Shown piece by piece: positions 1 through 13,257 of a stretch of 64,000 nt of DNA. The stretch spans positions 682,001-746,000 of the forward strand of contig JAKIMF020000005.1 of NCBI GenBank assembly GCA_022605425.2, read 5' to 3'. Source of the DNA: Hamiltosporidium tvaerminnensis FI-OER-3-3 (taxonomy: Eukaryota; Fungi; Microsporidia). The notes under the pieces are model-generated. The model had not been told where the DNA came from and made no database searches. It was given only the letters and a program-made list of their open reading frames with translations. Numbering within the stretch: the first letter of the stretch is position 1; each line of letters begins with the position of its first letter. The translations under genes were made by a program, and so were the position numbers.

Positions 1-991
1 TTGAAACATTCAATATGCGAAAAATTTCTAAGCCAATGCATCGAGATATTCCCGAGCAAACTAGAGAAAACCCGAATCGCCATTTTTAGCAAAATAAAGT
101 GTATTTATACATGACTAATAGAATAACTCATCACTGATTATTATGGACTTGGATGTTACATTATCATACTTTAAACAACAAAAAAAGTAATTGAATGGTA
201 CATGATATAATTTTTTAACATAATGACTGATATTTGATCAAATTATTTTATTTTTAGAAAAGGCTTAATTCTGTAATTATTGAAAGGTAAAACTTGAATG
301 TATGATATTATTTTATTTATATGTACTTTCATGTATTATATCACATAAAATCTTTTCTTAGATTTATACAATTTTTAGGCTAATAAAACCTGAACTTATT
401 TGTTTAAATGTGATTTTTAGATAAATGCTAACTGTGAATCACTTTTTTCGCTTTCTGCTTAGGATACCATGGCTTTATGATCCTTTCTCTAAAAATAGAA
501 CTTTATTCACTAATGTTCATGACAAAATTCCAAGTCCAATAAATCGCATTTAAGCTTGGTATCGACTATGATAAATTGAATATTCATGAACACTATTTTT
601 TAAGTTCGAAAGACATCTTTATGATATTAGTTTAAAATTTATATTTGGTAGCTCCTTAACTTTATGCTATTATAAAACCTTGGTCTTATACTCTTTCTAT
701 TCTTTGTGATCCGAATATAATTATTTTTTTACAATTTTGATTTAACAGATTTATTCCGCGTACTTCGATTCATTATTATTGTCTTTAAATGATTGAACTT
801 ACATTATTTTGATTTTTATCTTTTTAACGTAAAAACTGTAGGATTATTCTAGGCATAATTTATTATAATATAATCTTATGCACAAAACATTCAATTAAAA
901 ACCAGAATAAATTTCTATAAACGTTGACTTTAATTTAAGTTTTTAAGATTTAAACTACAGATAAATTTAAAGAGTAAGAGCTATTTACACA

Positions 992-3322
992 TCATCTTGA
1001 ATTTCTATTATCCCTATAATAAAATCTATTAAGTCTTCCTCCAAATTCTTCAATAATTTCATTTTTTGAAATTAATATATGCTCAAGCTCGATTTCTTTG
1101 ACACTAGAAAATGCTCTAAAAAAATGATCAATTTTCATTTCAACAGTGAAGCTATAAAAATATATATGTTTTAAAGACTTTAGATTCGCAAAAAAGTTTA
1201 AATCACAATATTTTAAATCAATTTGAGGTAATTTTATTTTTGTTAGTAAATATTTGGTATTTGAATCGAAAAGATCAGAAAATGATATTTTATCAAATTT
1301 GCATCCCTCCGAGAAATATAGACGAAGAAGATTGGTAGATTTTCTTAAGGCATATTTATCCTCTCTTCCGATATTAATTTTATTAAGATTTAATTTTTGA
1401 AGACCACTAAAAAAGTTGTTCGAAAGTATCACATTCAGAGTACCTTCAGGGTAGTTTAAACCAAAATGAAACTTTAAAATATTAGATATTTTGCCAAAAT
1501 GTGTTAGAAGACTATCAGTGTAATAAGTAATCCAATAAAACAAAGTACTCAAATCGATAAAATTTGTGTTCGTTGCCTCGAATTTATCTACAAAAACATT
1601 TGTATTTCTAGAATAACAAAGAATCTTCAATGATTTCAAAGCAACCATTTTAATTATAAAATTTGACAGGTGTTGATTGTTCTCATCGGAGGAACAAGCC
1701 ATAAAAAAAAAGTTTTCGATTTTTGTGTTCTCAATGAAAATAACCTCTCCTTTTGAAGAAGTAACTATGCACAGATAAAAAAACAACTTCTTAAGAGAAG
1801 GCAACAATAATATTCTCGACAAGATCACACTACTTACTTTAGAGCAAATGATTCGCATATGAACCACATTATTATATATCTCTGATTCGCGTGAATTAAA
1901 ATCTTTAATATCAGTGTTATAAAATTCCACTTCTAAATTTTTAAATTCTTTAAAATTTAAAACATAAAAATCAAAAGTTATAAACGAATTAGATATTTCT
2001 ATGTAATTAAATGATACTAATCGAGATCTTAAAGTCCGAAGTTTTTCTAAATTACTTTTTTGCTGATAAAATTTTAGATCAATGGTTGCTTTCTCATCAG
2101 AATAAGAAAAATCACTGTGCAAATATAAAATATCAGGGCTTTTTTCTAAAATAGATATTTCTTCAATATATTCCGAAAAAATATTACCGAATAGAGAATC
2201 GGAGCTATTATTATCGAGATGTGATACAGATTCCGATTTTATAGCAATATAATTTAATTTTTCAAAATTAAGCGTTTCTAACCATGAGACCTCATCCTTT
2301 ACATAAAATTTGGAATAAATAATATTTATAGTTTTTAAAGGCTTTGAGCCGCGGATTTCATATATGCTTTCGATTAAAATATCCGTGTTTGAGCATTTAA
2401 AAAAATATATTTCATCAAGACTTTCAAATAAAGACAAACCTGAAAAAAGATTGTATTTTTTCTCATAAAATATTTTGTAAAAAAATACAGAATTGAAAGT
2501 ATGAATACGAAAAATTATATCGAGTATTTTGAAAAAATTCATCGAATTTTTTTGTGTTTTTAACACATCCTCTAAAATATCACTATCTAAGTACAAACAA
2601 TTTTCGTTTAAATTTAGAAAATCCAAAGTTAGATCATCAGTCAATTTCACAGCAACTGAAATATTTTCTAACTTTTTTAGTGTTTTCTCAGTGAAAAAAT
2701 ACAATTTGAATAATTCCACGATAATCTTTTTAGATATATAACCAGAAATGGAACATATATTTGGTATTTCTACCACACTGCATTTGTTTATAGAATTTGT
2801 ATTAAATAACAAGGAGGCCAGCAATACGCGGATAAATTCTTCAAAAAATTTATTATCCTTAATGTTTAAAGTGATCATTATTCTAAATATAAGCCTATAT
2901 TTAGATTCATTGATATTTTCAATCAAATAAGGAAAATTCATTACTATATTATAGAAATAGGCAAACTCTTGATAATTAAATATTATTTCATTTATATATA
3001 TGTTATGTTGTTGCTTTTCTAGTATTTTTTCTTCATTGAAAAACTTTAGTAAAAATGTATCCAAATCTATTATAAATACTTTCAAATTAGTATTTTGTAG
3101 ATCCAATCCTAACTCGACAAAACTTTCATTGACGGAGTCGAGATATTTATGTGGAAAATTGCAATCATTTATCGCAAATTTTGTTACGCTGCTTTTGCAA
3201 CTTTCATAAAAATGTATTGCAATTGTTCTTTGCGCAGATATTATTGTAAGAACATGTATAATGACGAATATCAAACCTATTATCATTTTTTTATTATTTG
3301 CTTTAAAAATATATTTGCTCAT
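992..3322 (-). CDS. Expanded-family protein: N-terminal hydrophobic signal, BTB/POZ-like segment, degenerate leucine-rich repeats (776 aa)
   Basis: Long intact ORF. Hydrophobic IIGLIFVIIHVLTIISA near the N-terminus and LxxLxL-type repeats (LKKLFFYLC, LQKLNLNKINI, NLKSLKHIYF). Collinear paralog of 10939..13257 (shared KDExSWLxTLNFE, YPEGTL, ISFSDLFD). Confidence 0.85.
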   Translation of the reverse strand: MSKYIFKANNKKMIIGLIFVIIHVLTIISAQRTIAIHFYESCKSSVTKFAINDCNFPHKYLDSVNESFVELGLDLQNTNLKVFIIDLDTFLLKFFNEEKILEKQQHNIYINEIIFNYQEFAYFYNIVMNFPYLIENINESKYRLIFRIMITLNIKDNKFFEEFIRVLLASLLFNTNSINKCSVVEIPNICSISGYISKKIIVELFKLYFFTEKTLKKLENISVAVKLTDDLTLDFLNLNENCLYLDSDILEDVLKTQKNSMNFFKILDIIFRIHTFNSVFFYKIFYEKKYNLFSGLSLFESLDEIYFFKCSNTDILIESIYEIRGSKPLKTINIIYSKFYVKDEVSWLETLNFEKLNYIAIKSESVSHLDNNSSDSLFGNIFSEYIEEISILEKSPDILYLHSDFSYSDEKATIDLKFYQQKSNLEKLRTLRSRLVSFNYIEISNSFITFDFYVLNFKEFKNLEVEFYNTDIKDFNSRESEIYNNVVHMRIICSKVSSVILSRILLLPSLKKLFFYLCIVTSSKGEVIFIENTKIENFFFMACSSDENNQHLSNFIIKMVALKSLKILCYSRNTNVFVDKFEATNTNFIDLSTLFYWITYYTDSLLTHFGKISNILKFHFGLNYPEGTLNVILSNNFFSGLQKLNLNKINIGREDKYALRKSTNLLRLYFSEGCKFDKISFSDLFDSNTKYLLTKIKLPQIDLKYCDLNFFANLKSLKHIYFYSFTVEMKIDHFFRAFSSVKEIELEHILISKNEIIEEFGGRLNRFYYRDNRNSR

Positions 3323-6300
3323 GAACCTAATAAATTTGCAAGATTTTAATTGAATTATATTAATATTTCGAAAAAATAGAAATTTTTAATAACCCATATC
3401 AATTTAATCAATAAAATAAATTCTTTTTTATATTCTTCCAAAATTAATAGATTAAAAGATTTATATGAAAATATAGATTCTTTTTTAATTATGAAGGTGA
3501 AACTATTAAGTTATTTCAAAATAGAAATTTATTAAATAATTAGCCCAGAAATTCCTCGTATAATCCTTAAATATCCCTAACATTTTTTTTGAAATTATAT
3601 AAAAAATATATACCGGGAACTCGAAAATCAAGAATATGGGTATATTCGTTAAAATTTTTAATAAAAAACGCTTCAAAAAAATCAAAAGTATATTAAATAT
3701 ATGGAATGCTTTATCGCGGGCTATAACCTCGTCTGATCACTATGCTCTATCTTAAACAGGCAGAGGTATAAATATTAATAATAGCAAGAAATAATTCAAA
3801 TATCTCATGAATTTTAAGCTAAAATTTTATAATTTTACCCCTTTCTACATATATTTCTGCTTTGTTCTTTCTGAATTCACGTTTCACATAAAAAATTTTT
3901 AAGAACAATGGTTTTAGAATATTGCCTACCATCATCGAAAATTATAATTAATTATGTGATTCACTTAACCAATGATTTTAACTTAATATTAATCACAAAT
4001 TTAGTTTTTAAATATCTCAAAAAAAAACTTTTTAATTTTACTTTTCAAAGGTTTTCCGATAACATTTTTCATGTGATAGAGCAAAAAGTATTTGATATCT
4101 ATAAACATAAATAATTTTTAAAAGAATAAATGTTTATTGCGTGTTGAAGTATAAACCCTGTTATTACAAATGAATTAAAAGTGACTTAAACTTAATTACA
4201 AATTTTTGAATAATTTTTTAAAAATCCTTGGCAATTAGAGCTGTTAAAAAAATTTCAAAATCGAGGTTTTAAATAAAATCATTGGCAAAAATTTTAGAAT
4301 TTGTTGATTATACATCAAATTAGTAGATTTAATCTTATCCATCTATGAAACTTATATATAACGACTCGGATAAACAGTAGAATGTGTTATTTGAGATTTA
4401 AAAATTATGGACTAAAATTCGCTCAAATTAAAACACATATGAAAAAAATAGCAATAAAATGTATCTAAAAAATCAATTGAGGTGTTTAACAGAATAAGCA
4501 GTTATTGAAAAAACCACCGGAAAATTTTTTTTGTTAAATTTAAGCATTGACCGACTAATTATCTATCGCTACTATGCTAAAAGAAAAGACGATTAAATAT
4601 ACGCTTTAAGAAATTCCCATTCTAGAAAAAAAGAAAGAATTTTAACATAAATTGGCATTCTTGCTTTCTTTGGAATCAATATTATTGAGTGTTATCAAAT
4701 AATTTTTAGGCCATATATATTATTGCGTTTCTATAATTAAATTTGGATACTCCAATCTTAAGAAAGCGATAGTATGTAAAGTCAACGCAAGAAAAATTAT
4801 TTCAAAAAACAAGATTGAAAATCGTATGTTCTTTTTTCCAGTAATTCAATAAAACCAATAATGTTAATATTTAATAAACCAAAGGAACTTACAAATTTTT
4901 TCAAGTAATTTATAATATAATATGATTTTAAGATTTAGAATATATCTACAAACCAATCGGTTAATAGATTAATCAATATCAGATGGGAATAGAATATCGA
5001 AATGTGATTTTTTTGATTTACAACAGCGCATTTGAAACACAATTTTCAACATTGGCCTTTAAAGATATTTCTAAAATAATGTAATTGAGAATTTTACGAA
5101 TTAGGCACGATAATTATATTCAGTTTAAAGCAGTAAAATTCATAAAAGACCACTTGGAATAAAAACATGTGCCAAAAATATGTGGCTAGTAAAAAACGAA
5201 AAAAACATTATGAGTCATTTAGACACATTTCGTCTCTTAAAAAAAGTCTTGTGTTGTGAATCTACCAGCGATCGTTCATTTATTCGGTTTGCTTGTTTTT
5301 TTCCTTCGATGAAGTAAATCAGTTTAAAATTTTAAAAACCATGATACAATTATTATAAAACAGTATTTGATTGCAATAAGATACCAATTTAACAAAGGAG
5401 CTTCGATAGAGCAGCTTGAACGAGTAGGATAGAACATTTAAACGTTTATGCGAAAAATTTATTAAGAAATAAATATCCAAGATATTATATATAGCAAACT
5501 AATATTTAATTAATTTAAAATTTATCGCCAGAGTTTTTAGGGTTAAAATATCCCTTTTTTAGTATTCCTATTTCTTCGCGCGAATGATTTAAATTCAGAA
5601 CAGGTATATTTCGGAATTTATATTTAAGATATCAAGAAATTAATTCTAGTCATCAAAAAATTAAAACTATATCGAAATACTAATTAACCTTTACGTTTTA
5701 ATTTTATTATTTTTATGAATGATGATATAAGAAATTTTACACAAAACGAAAATTAAAAAATAACAATGACAATAACAGACAAATATTGTTACTGGCGATT
5801 CTTTTTTTAAATGTTTATCCTATGAACCAAAATACAGAAGAATTTTACCAATTTATTAAGACAAGAAACAGTGAGGCGAAAAAAACATTTTTTCTTTTAA
5901 AAAACATCTGATATTGATCGAAAGTTTCATGAAATTATGTATGTGTAAGGAAATTATAATAACATCGAGTTATAGTTGTTTTAGATTATTTTTACAATTT
6001 TTATACTGAAAAGGTTTTATAGGTAGCTATTTTAAGCGCAAGTTGGATCTCTTGTAATTTACTTTAAAATCTGTACCGCAATGAGTATATTTCAAATTAA
6101 GTTTATATTTTTATAACCTAAGACTTCTTTTCTAAATATATATAACCATAATACTTTAAGGCGAATCAAAATCTATCGTGTTTTATAATTTTTTGTAAAT
6201 TAAGTGGCAATAAAATATGAATTTCAGCACTTATCATAATAAAGAAGTTGTTTAATTTATTTTTTGCATTTACCACAAAATATGTAAATGTCTGCTATAA

Positions 6301-6529
6301 ATTTCTTAATTATTTAGTAATTTAAAGAAATAACTTAACATATTATCTTCATGCGAATTAGCCAAATTATAGTTGTAATTTGAAAGACAAAAAATTTCAT
6401 TTTTGACTTTGGACTATATTTTTAACTTATAACAACTTATAGCAGTGGCTAAAAATTGCAGTTTATACTAGTACAACTATATTTAAGCAATATAAAATTG
6501 AAACAAAAACACCTCAAACATATAATATT

Positions 6530-6700
6530 TTAGCGTTGTAATAAATTCTGATATAGAGGTGCTGGTTCGATTTCCAAGGTTAGTGCACTCTTTATCTGTC
6601 GCTTGGAAAGTTTACGTGAGGCTGACAACCTAAATTAACAAAAGAAAATTGTCTTTGGAACGCCTATAACTTGGCGAAGCTATAAATCATTTTTGGATTG
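6530..6700 (+). mobile_element. Possible decayed tRNA-derived SINE
   Basis: B-box-like GGTTCGATTTCC preceded by AGAGGT, then GGCTGACAACCT, a motif I recall from arthropod tRNA-SINE bodies. Single copy, no cloverleaf. Confidence 0.3.
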
Positions 6701-7449
6701 TGTTTCATTTTTAGGGAAGGAGTGAGCTATTAAATAAAAATATTCTGAACTCTTATACAGCAAAAATATTTCTAATACAGAACCTTAATTTACACAAAAA
6801 ATATCATATATATGTTTAAAAGATGAAAATACATCACAATAAAATCGGGGGCTAATTAGCTTTTCCATATAAACTTTAAAATAAAGAATAATAAATTCTC
6901 ATTAAACTTATTAGAAATATCCACCACAAAATGACAATTTTCATTGAAAAATATACCAATGTAATGGAATCTTTAAATTACTTTAATTTAAATTTTGTTT
7001 GTTTTTTGCAAAAATAATGATTTAATGTATTATAAATTATAAATTTAAACGCAAAAAATCATTTATATTTATTCTTGTATTTATGACACTTTATGTGTTT
7101 CTTATTACAAAAAGACATTAAAATGAGTTATACTCTGACAACAATATATTAGATACTAAGAGTTCAAAATATTTTTTTAACGCCTTTTTGACAGGTAGAA
7201 AACTATTCATAAACATTTTGCTGTTATATTTAGTAAATAGAAAATACAAAAACTACAATAATATGGCAAATAAAAGGTATTTTAAAGGCATTATAAAGGG
7301 AAAAAAGTTAACCCGTCACCACAGTTCAAAAAAAGATTTATAGTATTTGATCAAAACCATGAAAATATATATATATTAACATAAAAACGAGGGTCTGAAG
7401 AAATTATAGAAGATTTGCTAAGGCTTATAGGAGAATAATCAATGAGGCT

Positions 7450-8100
7450 ATTATTAAACTCCTAATGAAATTACGGTAAATTTGATTCGTTTCCAATAAA
7501 ATACACATAGTTTGGGTTTAAAAAATATTAAATCACATGATAAATTTATCTTTGATACCTGTTAAGGCTTATTTCCTTGCAGAAAATTCAAGATTTTATG
7601 TTCTATAAACAAAAGGTATCATTAAATACATCAAGATGAATTTGCCATGTTTAAAAAGTTATAAAGAAACGAAAAATAATTTTAATTGCTCTAAATAATC
7701 GTAAATATTTACCATGAATATGTGAATGACTGATTTAGCAGGTTGTTTTATTAAAATTACGAAATATCTCTATAAAGCTGTTTTATAATAAATTTTCACA
7801 ACATATAGTGCTTTCCTAATGATAAAAAGTTTTCTAAACAAATTTGATCTAAAATTCGTCTAAATTTTATATTGCACAGAGTATTTTTAACGCCTGGTTA
7901 TTCATGACCTCTATAGAAGGTCGATAAAGAAACCGAACAATCTCATTTATTGGCTAAAAAATATATAAAGTACTCGTAATATTCTAGCGTATATAATGAT
8001 TGGTTACAAGTCTAATACTACCTTTCAGAATGGATTATCCGTTTGCCACGGGTGTAGTGAGATTTAAAGAACTTTGAATTTAACTGTATAAGAATCAATA
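7450..8100 (+). pseudogene. Highly decayed retroviral-type (Gypsy/Ginger-like) integrase remnant
   Basis: Fragmentary translations TPGYS..(E)..NRTI, W..L....NTT...G.S resemble the DDE integrase core. Many stops and frameshifts. Confidence 0.3.
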
Positions 8101-10938
8101 CAACACAAAAAGAGAATGGTTAAGGGGTAGAGAGCTTTGTGATATGTTTCTTGGATATATCAATATTTGAAAAAAGTATTATTGTTCTAAGTGAGAATTT
8201 ATAACTCAAAAATTAAAGCCCCGGAGCTCTATTTTTGATTTCAAAAATGCTTATAAATAAAAAATTGCTTAGATCTTAAAAACTTTATTACTGCCATCGA
8301 GAGTTTGAGTTAAGTATTTTACAAAAAGAAAAGCTAAGTTTGTATTTTATTAAACATGCGAGAATTGTAAAATAATTTAATCATTCAAAAAGCTACATAA
8401 AACCATAACTATTTATAATACAAATTCAGACTAGTTCAAAAAATGGATATTGTAGGTACGCGTGCTTATACTAATCATTGATTTTAAAATATATTAACAA
8501 GAATGTTTATTGTAAAAAGCTGAAACTGGAAAATAGCAGAAGAAGCTGTCATTTTGCCTCATTCAACATTGATCAAGATATTTATTTTTAGATATTCGGT
8601 TATGTTTTTCCTTATAAGGTAATTATCGATATCCAAGACATTATATATTTAGTTATAATATTTTCGGACGAATAAACCGTAAATAAAAATCGAAGGGAAT
8701 TTCTTTACTTTATATTTAAGAACCTATGTTTTTTCTATTGTCTAATTACGGGGAATCTTATTTTTTTCGTGTTAGATAGATGTTACAAATAGATACGCAT
8801 TCAACAAAATAATTTTTTTTGAGGTCTTCAAAAGATTTTAAGCTGACTTGTTCTAATTTTAAATCCTAGGGAATTGGTCAGCGACAGAATACGTTATTGT
8901 TTTGTCTTTTACTTCTCAATGGAGAGCCAAAGAAACCCAGAATAAGTAAAAAAACTGCTTATGATGGTTATTTTTTTTTACTTTTTCTGCAAAATGTCAT
9001 AAATCGAACAGAGATAAGTTATAGACTTGCCTTTATCGACAATGCATCTTAATTTTAATGTAAAAATATATGCTTAGCGGTATTGGAGTATTAGGTTGAG
9101 ATCTATATTAATATTTAGATTTAAAATATTTACTTGCCTTATAAGGATTTTTTTATATTTTTTAGGCATTTAATTTATTTAATCCAATCATGAAAGCATC
9201 GCCAGAGTATTGTTTATAGTATATTTTTAGCGAGGTTATAGTGGAGGTCGAATTTTCGCTTATCTTCATTATTCCTGAATGTAGTTAGGGATTTTACGAC
9301 TAATTTTTAAAACATAATTTTGATTACCTGTGAATTCTGTTTTTTAGCAACAATATAATTCTCCATATAAAAGATCATAAAATACTTTCAACATGACACT
9401 AAACTTAGTTTTCCGGCAAAGCATTATGCTCTAACCATTAGGTTATTCTAAAGATATTTTTTTACAATATTAAATCGAAAGAATATTTTTATATTTATAT
9501 ATGCAAACCCAATATTAAATAATATCAATATTTTCATTGTAAGCTTTTATTTCAACCTTTATATTTTTATCGTATATTGCTTTTTGGCGTTGTGCCTAGT
9601 CTTAATTTTCTGTTTTGAATAAACCGAAAGAATTTGCGGATAAACTGGGCTTTTGCATATACCATTATGACTTAGTTTAACACATGAAAAATATTTTTTT
9701 TATCAAAATTGAGAAAAATTAGTACTTATTTATAATTTGAATAAAACTAAAAGAGTTGCAGCTTGTTCTGGAAATTATACCTACAATGATAGTTTTACAT
9801 TTTAAAATTCTAAAACCGACAATAATCACTTTACATAAAAATAATGACCGAATAATGTAAGTAATTGTAAATATCTGTTTTTGTTGCTTTCTAGAGACAT
9901 ATATAATTCCGTTAAGAGAGCAATCAAATAGAAAGTAAAAGAGCAAAAATATCGATCTCTATATTAAAAAAACCAACTATTTATCCACCAAAAATATTTA
10001 TACCAGTTGAATCTAAACAATCACAAGATCGAGGATCAAGATATCAATTGATCCGAATTTAATTGATTTATTTCTGTGTAACATGTCAGAAAAAACATAC
10101 AGAATGATTTATAGCCCAAAGCAAGTTTTTGTTGTTACCAAAATTAATATCATCGCTTATATTAGAATGGTTTGGCACGCGAAAACTTGAGAATAATTTA
10201 TGGATCTACATATATTACAAAAAGAAATAAAAAAAATTTACAATCTATCTGTGCAAATTCAAAATTTTCCAGACTAATAAATGTTTCCTGTGATCTCATA
10301 AGAAGGTTCGATGATTTGTAAATGGGCGAAATCTTTTAATTAACAGTCTAAAGTCTAATTAAACCAACATTTTAGAATAGTAAATCCCTGCAAAAAACGA
10401 CTGGAATATACTGTTTATATCATGGATAGTTATAGAAACCCTATCTCAATAATAAAAGTTAATATAAAGCTAGATAAATACAATAGGAATAAAAATTTAA
10501 GTGTAAATAACCCCAATGCCCGTATCACACAAAATACCAAAGTATCAAGTAGTAATTTTGAAAAAAATTTAAACTATTTTTTAAAAATAAAAACCGAGGA
10601 AATAAAAAAGAACAAGAGAAGCAACGAATATTTTTTTTTAAAGATAATTTTAAAATCGCATGAAAATTTATGGCTACCGGGAAAGAAGTATTTAGCAGAT
10701 TCAGAAAGTGAAATTCGAAATTGAAAACCTAAAAAAATACAAGACATTTGATATATAAATTACAAAGAAGATATTAAATAAATTTGATCTATTAAAAGGT
10801 GTTTTATTGAATAAGAAACTAAAAAAAAATTAAGACAGTTCTGAAAAAGTTTTTAATGCGTGTTTTCTTCTTAGTATAGATAAAATTTAGATGAACGAAT
10901 AAATTACAAATAAAACACATTTAAAACTAGAATTTTAT

Positions 10939-13257
10939 TTAATGCTGGTAATGAGACCTTTTAGCACCGGCTCCGAATTCTTCATTAAATTTATTTCTAA
11001 ATACTTGTATATTTCCAATCTCAATTTTTTTCATTCCAGAAAAAGTCTTAAAAAAATATAAACTATTGTTTTTGAGTTCAAGACTTTCAAAATAAACATT
11101 TCGAAGCGATTTCAGATTTGAAATAAAACATAAATCACGATATGTTAATTCAATCTTTGGAAACCTTATTTTTTTTAAAGAATATTCATTATTGAAATCG
11201 AAAAGATCAGAAAATGATATTTCCGAAATTATACAGCCATCTGAAAAGTAAAAATATAGCAAATTAGTAAAATTTCCTAGTGCTTGTCTATCCATTTTTC
11301 CGATTTTGATTCTATCAAGCTTTATTTTTTTAAGGTTATTCAAATGGTTGTTTAGAAAAAACCTGAGTAGCGTACCTTCTGGATATTCATAACCGAAATA
11401 AAGATTTAAAAGGTTTGGCAACAAAGGAAACTTAAAAATAGCATTACTTAAGTTATATTTAACTGAATACCTCAAAATACTCAACTTGCATAAGCTTTCA
11501 CCCCGAGGATCAATCATAGACCAAAAAGGGTTTGTATCTATAGCGAAGCAAAGAACTATTAGTTCCTTTAACTCCACGATTTTGTTTAAGAATTGAAAAA
11601 AATTTTGATTATTTTTTACACAAGAAACACCGAAAAAAATCTTTTTGATTTGAGTGTTTTCACTAAATGCTATCCTATCGCCTTCAAAAACAATCGTACA
11701 TGAGTAAAGGAACAACTTTCTGAGTGAAGTAAATAACAAAATTTTAGACATAAAAGCTTCACTTATTGTAGAATTGACAAGTTTCATACCCACTATATTG
11801 TTAAAAATCTCAGAGTCGAGCAAATTGAAATCATTTATATAGGTATTTGTAAATTCGATTTCTATACCTCTAATCTTTTTAAAATTTAAGACATAGAAAT
11901 TTAGACTTATAAAAGAATTGGATAATTCCATATAAACAAATAATTCAAACGGAAAACTCTGATTCTTAAATTTATTGATTTTGGTTTTATCTTGATTAGA
12001 TTTGAGATGAATTCGTGTTTTATGATCACAACAAGTCTTATTCATATTCTTATAAAAGATTGTTGATTCATTTTCTTTATTATATATTTCCTTTTTGAAG
12101 ATTGAAACGATACTTTGAACGGAAGAATCTGATTCAAACGCTGTAAAAAGTGTAAAGAAATCACGTTTGGTATCAACGTAATTTAAGACTTCAAAATTTA
12201 GTGTTTTTAACCATGAAATCTCATCTTTAATAGCAAATTTAGAGTTTATAATGCTTAAAGTCTTAATACAATTTAAGCTTTTGCCATTATATATATTTCC
12301 GATTAATACATCTGTATTTGAACATTCAAGTAAAAATATTTCATCAAGATTTTTGAATAAATGCAGATTGAAAAATTTATTATATTCTTTTGTATATGAA
12401 ATATTGAATAGACACACGCTTTTAAAAATGTGAATACGAAATATTGCATCGAGAAGTTTTATAATATTTGTCGAATTTCTGGATTTTTCTATAATTTTTT
12501 GTATAATATCACCATCAAGGTATAAAAAATCTTGATTTGGAGTTAGTAAATCAATATCAAAATCTTCTGTCAAATCAGCAGCATGTGAAATATTCTTTAT
12601 TTTGTTAAAGGTTTTATCAGACATAAAATGCAACTTAAAAAATTCCACAATAATTTTTTTAGATAATACGCTAGAATGCGAACATATATCTGATGTTAAT
12701 AATAGATTCCATTTTTTTGTTACTAATGGATTAAATATTAAAGAAACAGATATAAATTGAATAAACCGCTGAAAAAATTTGTTCTTTTTAAACTTGAAAA
12801 TATTCATTATTTTAAATATTAGCTGATATGTACGCACATCAACATAGTCAACAAAATAAGGGAAACTTATTACTATACGGTAAAAATAATCAAATTCGTA
12901 CAAACTTAGAAGATTATTATTTATATATATGATATGTTGTTGATCTTCTTGAATTTCTTCTTCGTTCAAGAAAGTTAGAAAAAACATATCTAGATCAATT
13001 AAAAACGTATGCAGAATTTTAGTGTTTGGATCAAAAATGAATGATTTGTATTTTTTAACTGGTGATTCTAAATCTATAGCCGAATTGAAAGGGTTATATA
13101 TTTTTCTCTCTGGTAAACTACATTCGCTATTTTCGTAAAAATGTATTGCTATTGCTATTCGCATCGAAATGATTTTAGCTGCTAACAGAAATAGGATTAG
13201 TCGAATATGATTTCCAATTTCTATATTTAATTGTTTTAAAACCACGCCAAATGCCAT
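10939..13257 (-). CDS. Expanded-family signal/BTB-like/LRR protein (772 aa), paralog of 992..3322
   Basis: Intact ORF with hydrophobic LILFLLAAKIISMRIAI. End-to-end similarity to 992..3322 (IAIHFYE, FLIDLD.F, SKKIIVE.FKL, IFRIH.F). Confidence 0.85.
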   Translation of the reverse strand: MAFGVVLKQLNIEIGNHIRLILFLLAAKIISMRIAIAIHFYENSECSLPERKIYNPFNSAIDLESPVKKYKSFIFDPNTKILHTFLIDLDMFFLTFLNEEEIQEDQQHIIYINNNLLSLYEFDYFYRIVISFPYFVDYVDVRTYQLIFKIMNIFKFKKNKFFQRFIQFISVSLIFNPLVTKKWNLLLTSDICSHSSVLSKKIIVEFFKLHFMSDKTFNKIKNISHAADLTEDFDIDLLTPNQDFLYLDGDIIQKIIEKSRNSTNIIKLLDAIFRIHIFKSVCLFNISYTKEYNKFFNLHLFKNLDEIFLLECSNTDVLIGNIYNGKSLNCIKTLSIINSKFAIKDEISWLKTLNFEVLNYVDTKRDFFTLFTAFESDSSVQSIVSIFKKEIYNKENESTIFYKNMNKTCCDHKTRIHLKSNQDKTKINKFKNQSFPFELFVYMELSNSFISLNFYVLNFKKIRGIEIEFTNTYINDFNLLDSEIFNNIVGMKLVNSTISEAFMSKILLFTSLRKLFLYSCTIVFEGDRIAFSENTQIKKIFFGVSCVKNNQNFFQFLNKIVELKELIVLCFAIDTNPFWSMIDPRGESLCKLSILRYSVKYNLSNAIFKFPLLPNLLNLYFGYEYPEGTLLRFFLNNHLNNLKKIKLDRIKIGKMDRQALGNFTNLLYFYFSDGCIISEISFSDLFDFNNEYSLKKIRFPKIELTYRDLCFISNLKSLRNVYFESLELKNNSLYFFKTFSGMKKIEIGNIQVFRNKFNEEFGAGAKRSHYQH

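Noticed and set aside
2529-3349. Short antisense ORFs overlapping long genes (also within the ATPase, Nup85-like, USP and Sec63 genes and the R4 element)
   Set aside because: Shadow ORFs on the opposite strand of real coding sequence.
10422-10724. 100-aa Lys/Asn-rich ORF (likewise 23130..23501 and 42028..42357)
   Set aside because: Composition matches AT-rich background, with no motifs; one overlaps an RTE derivative.
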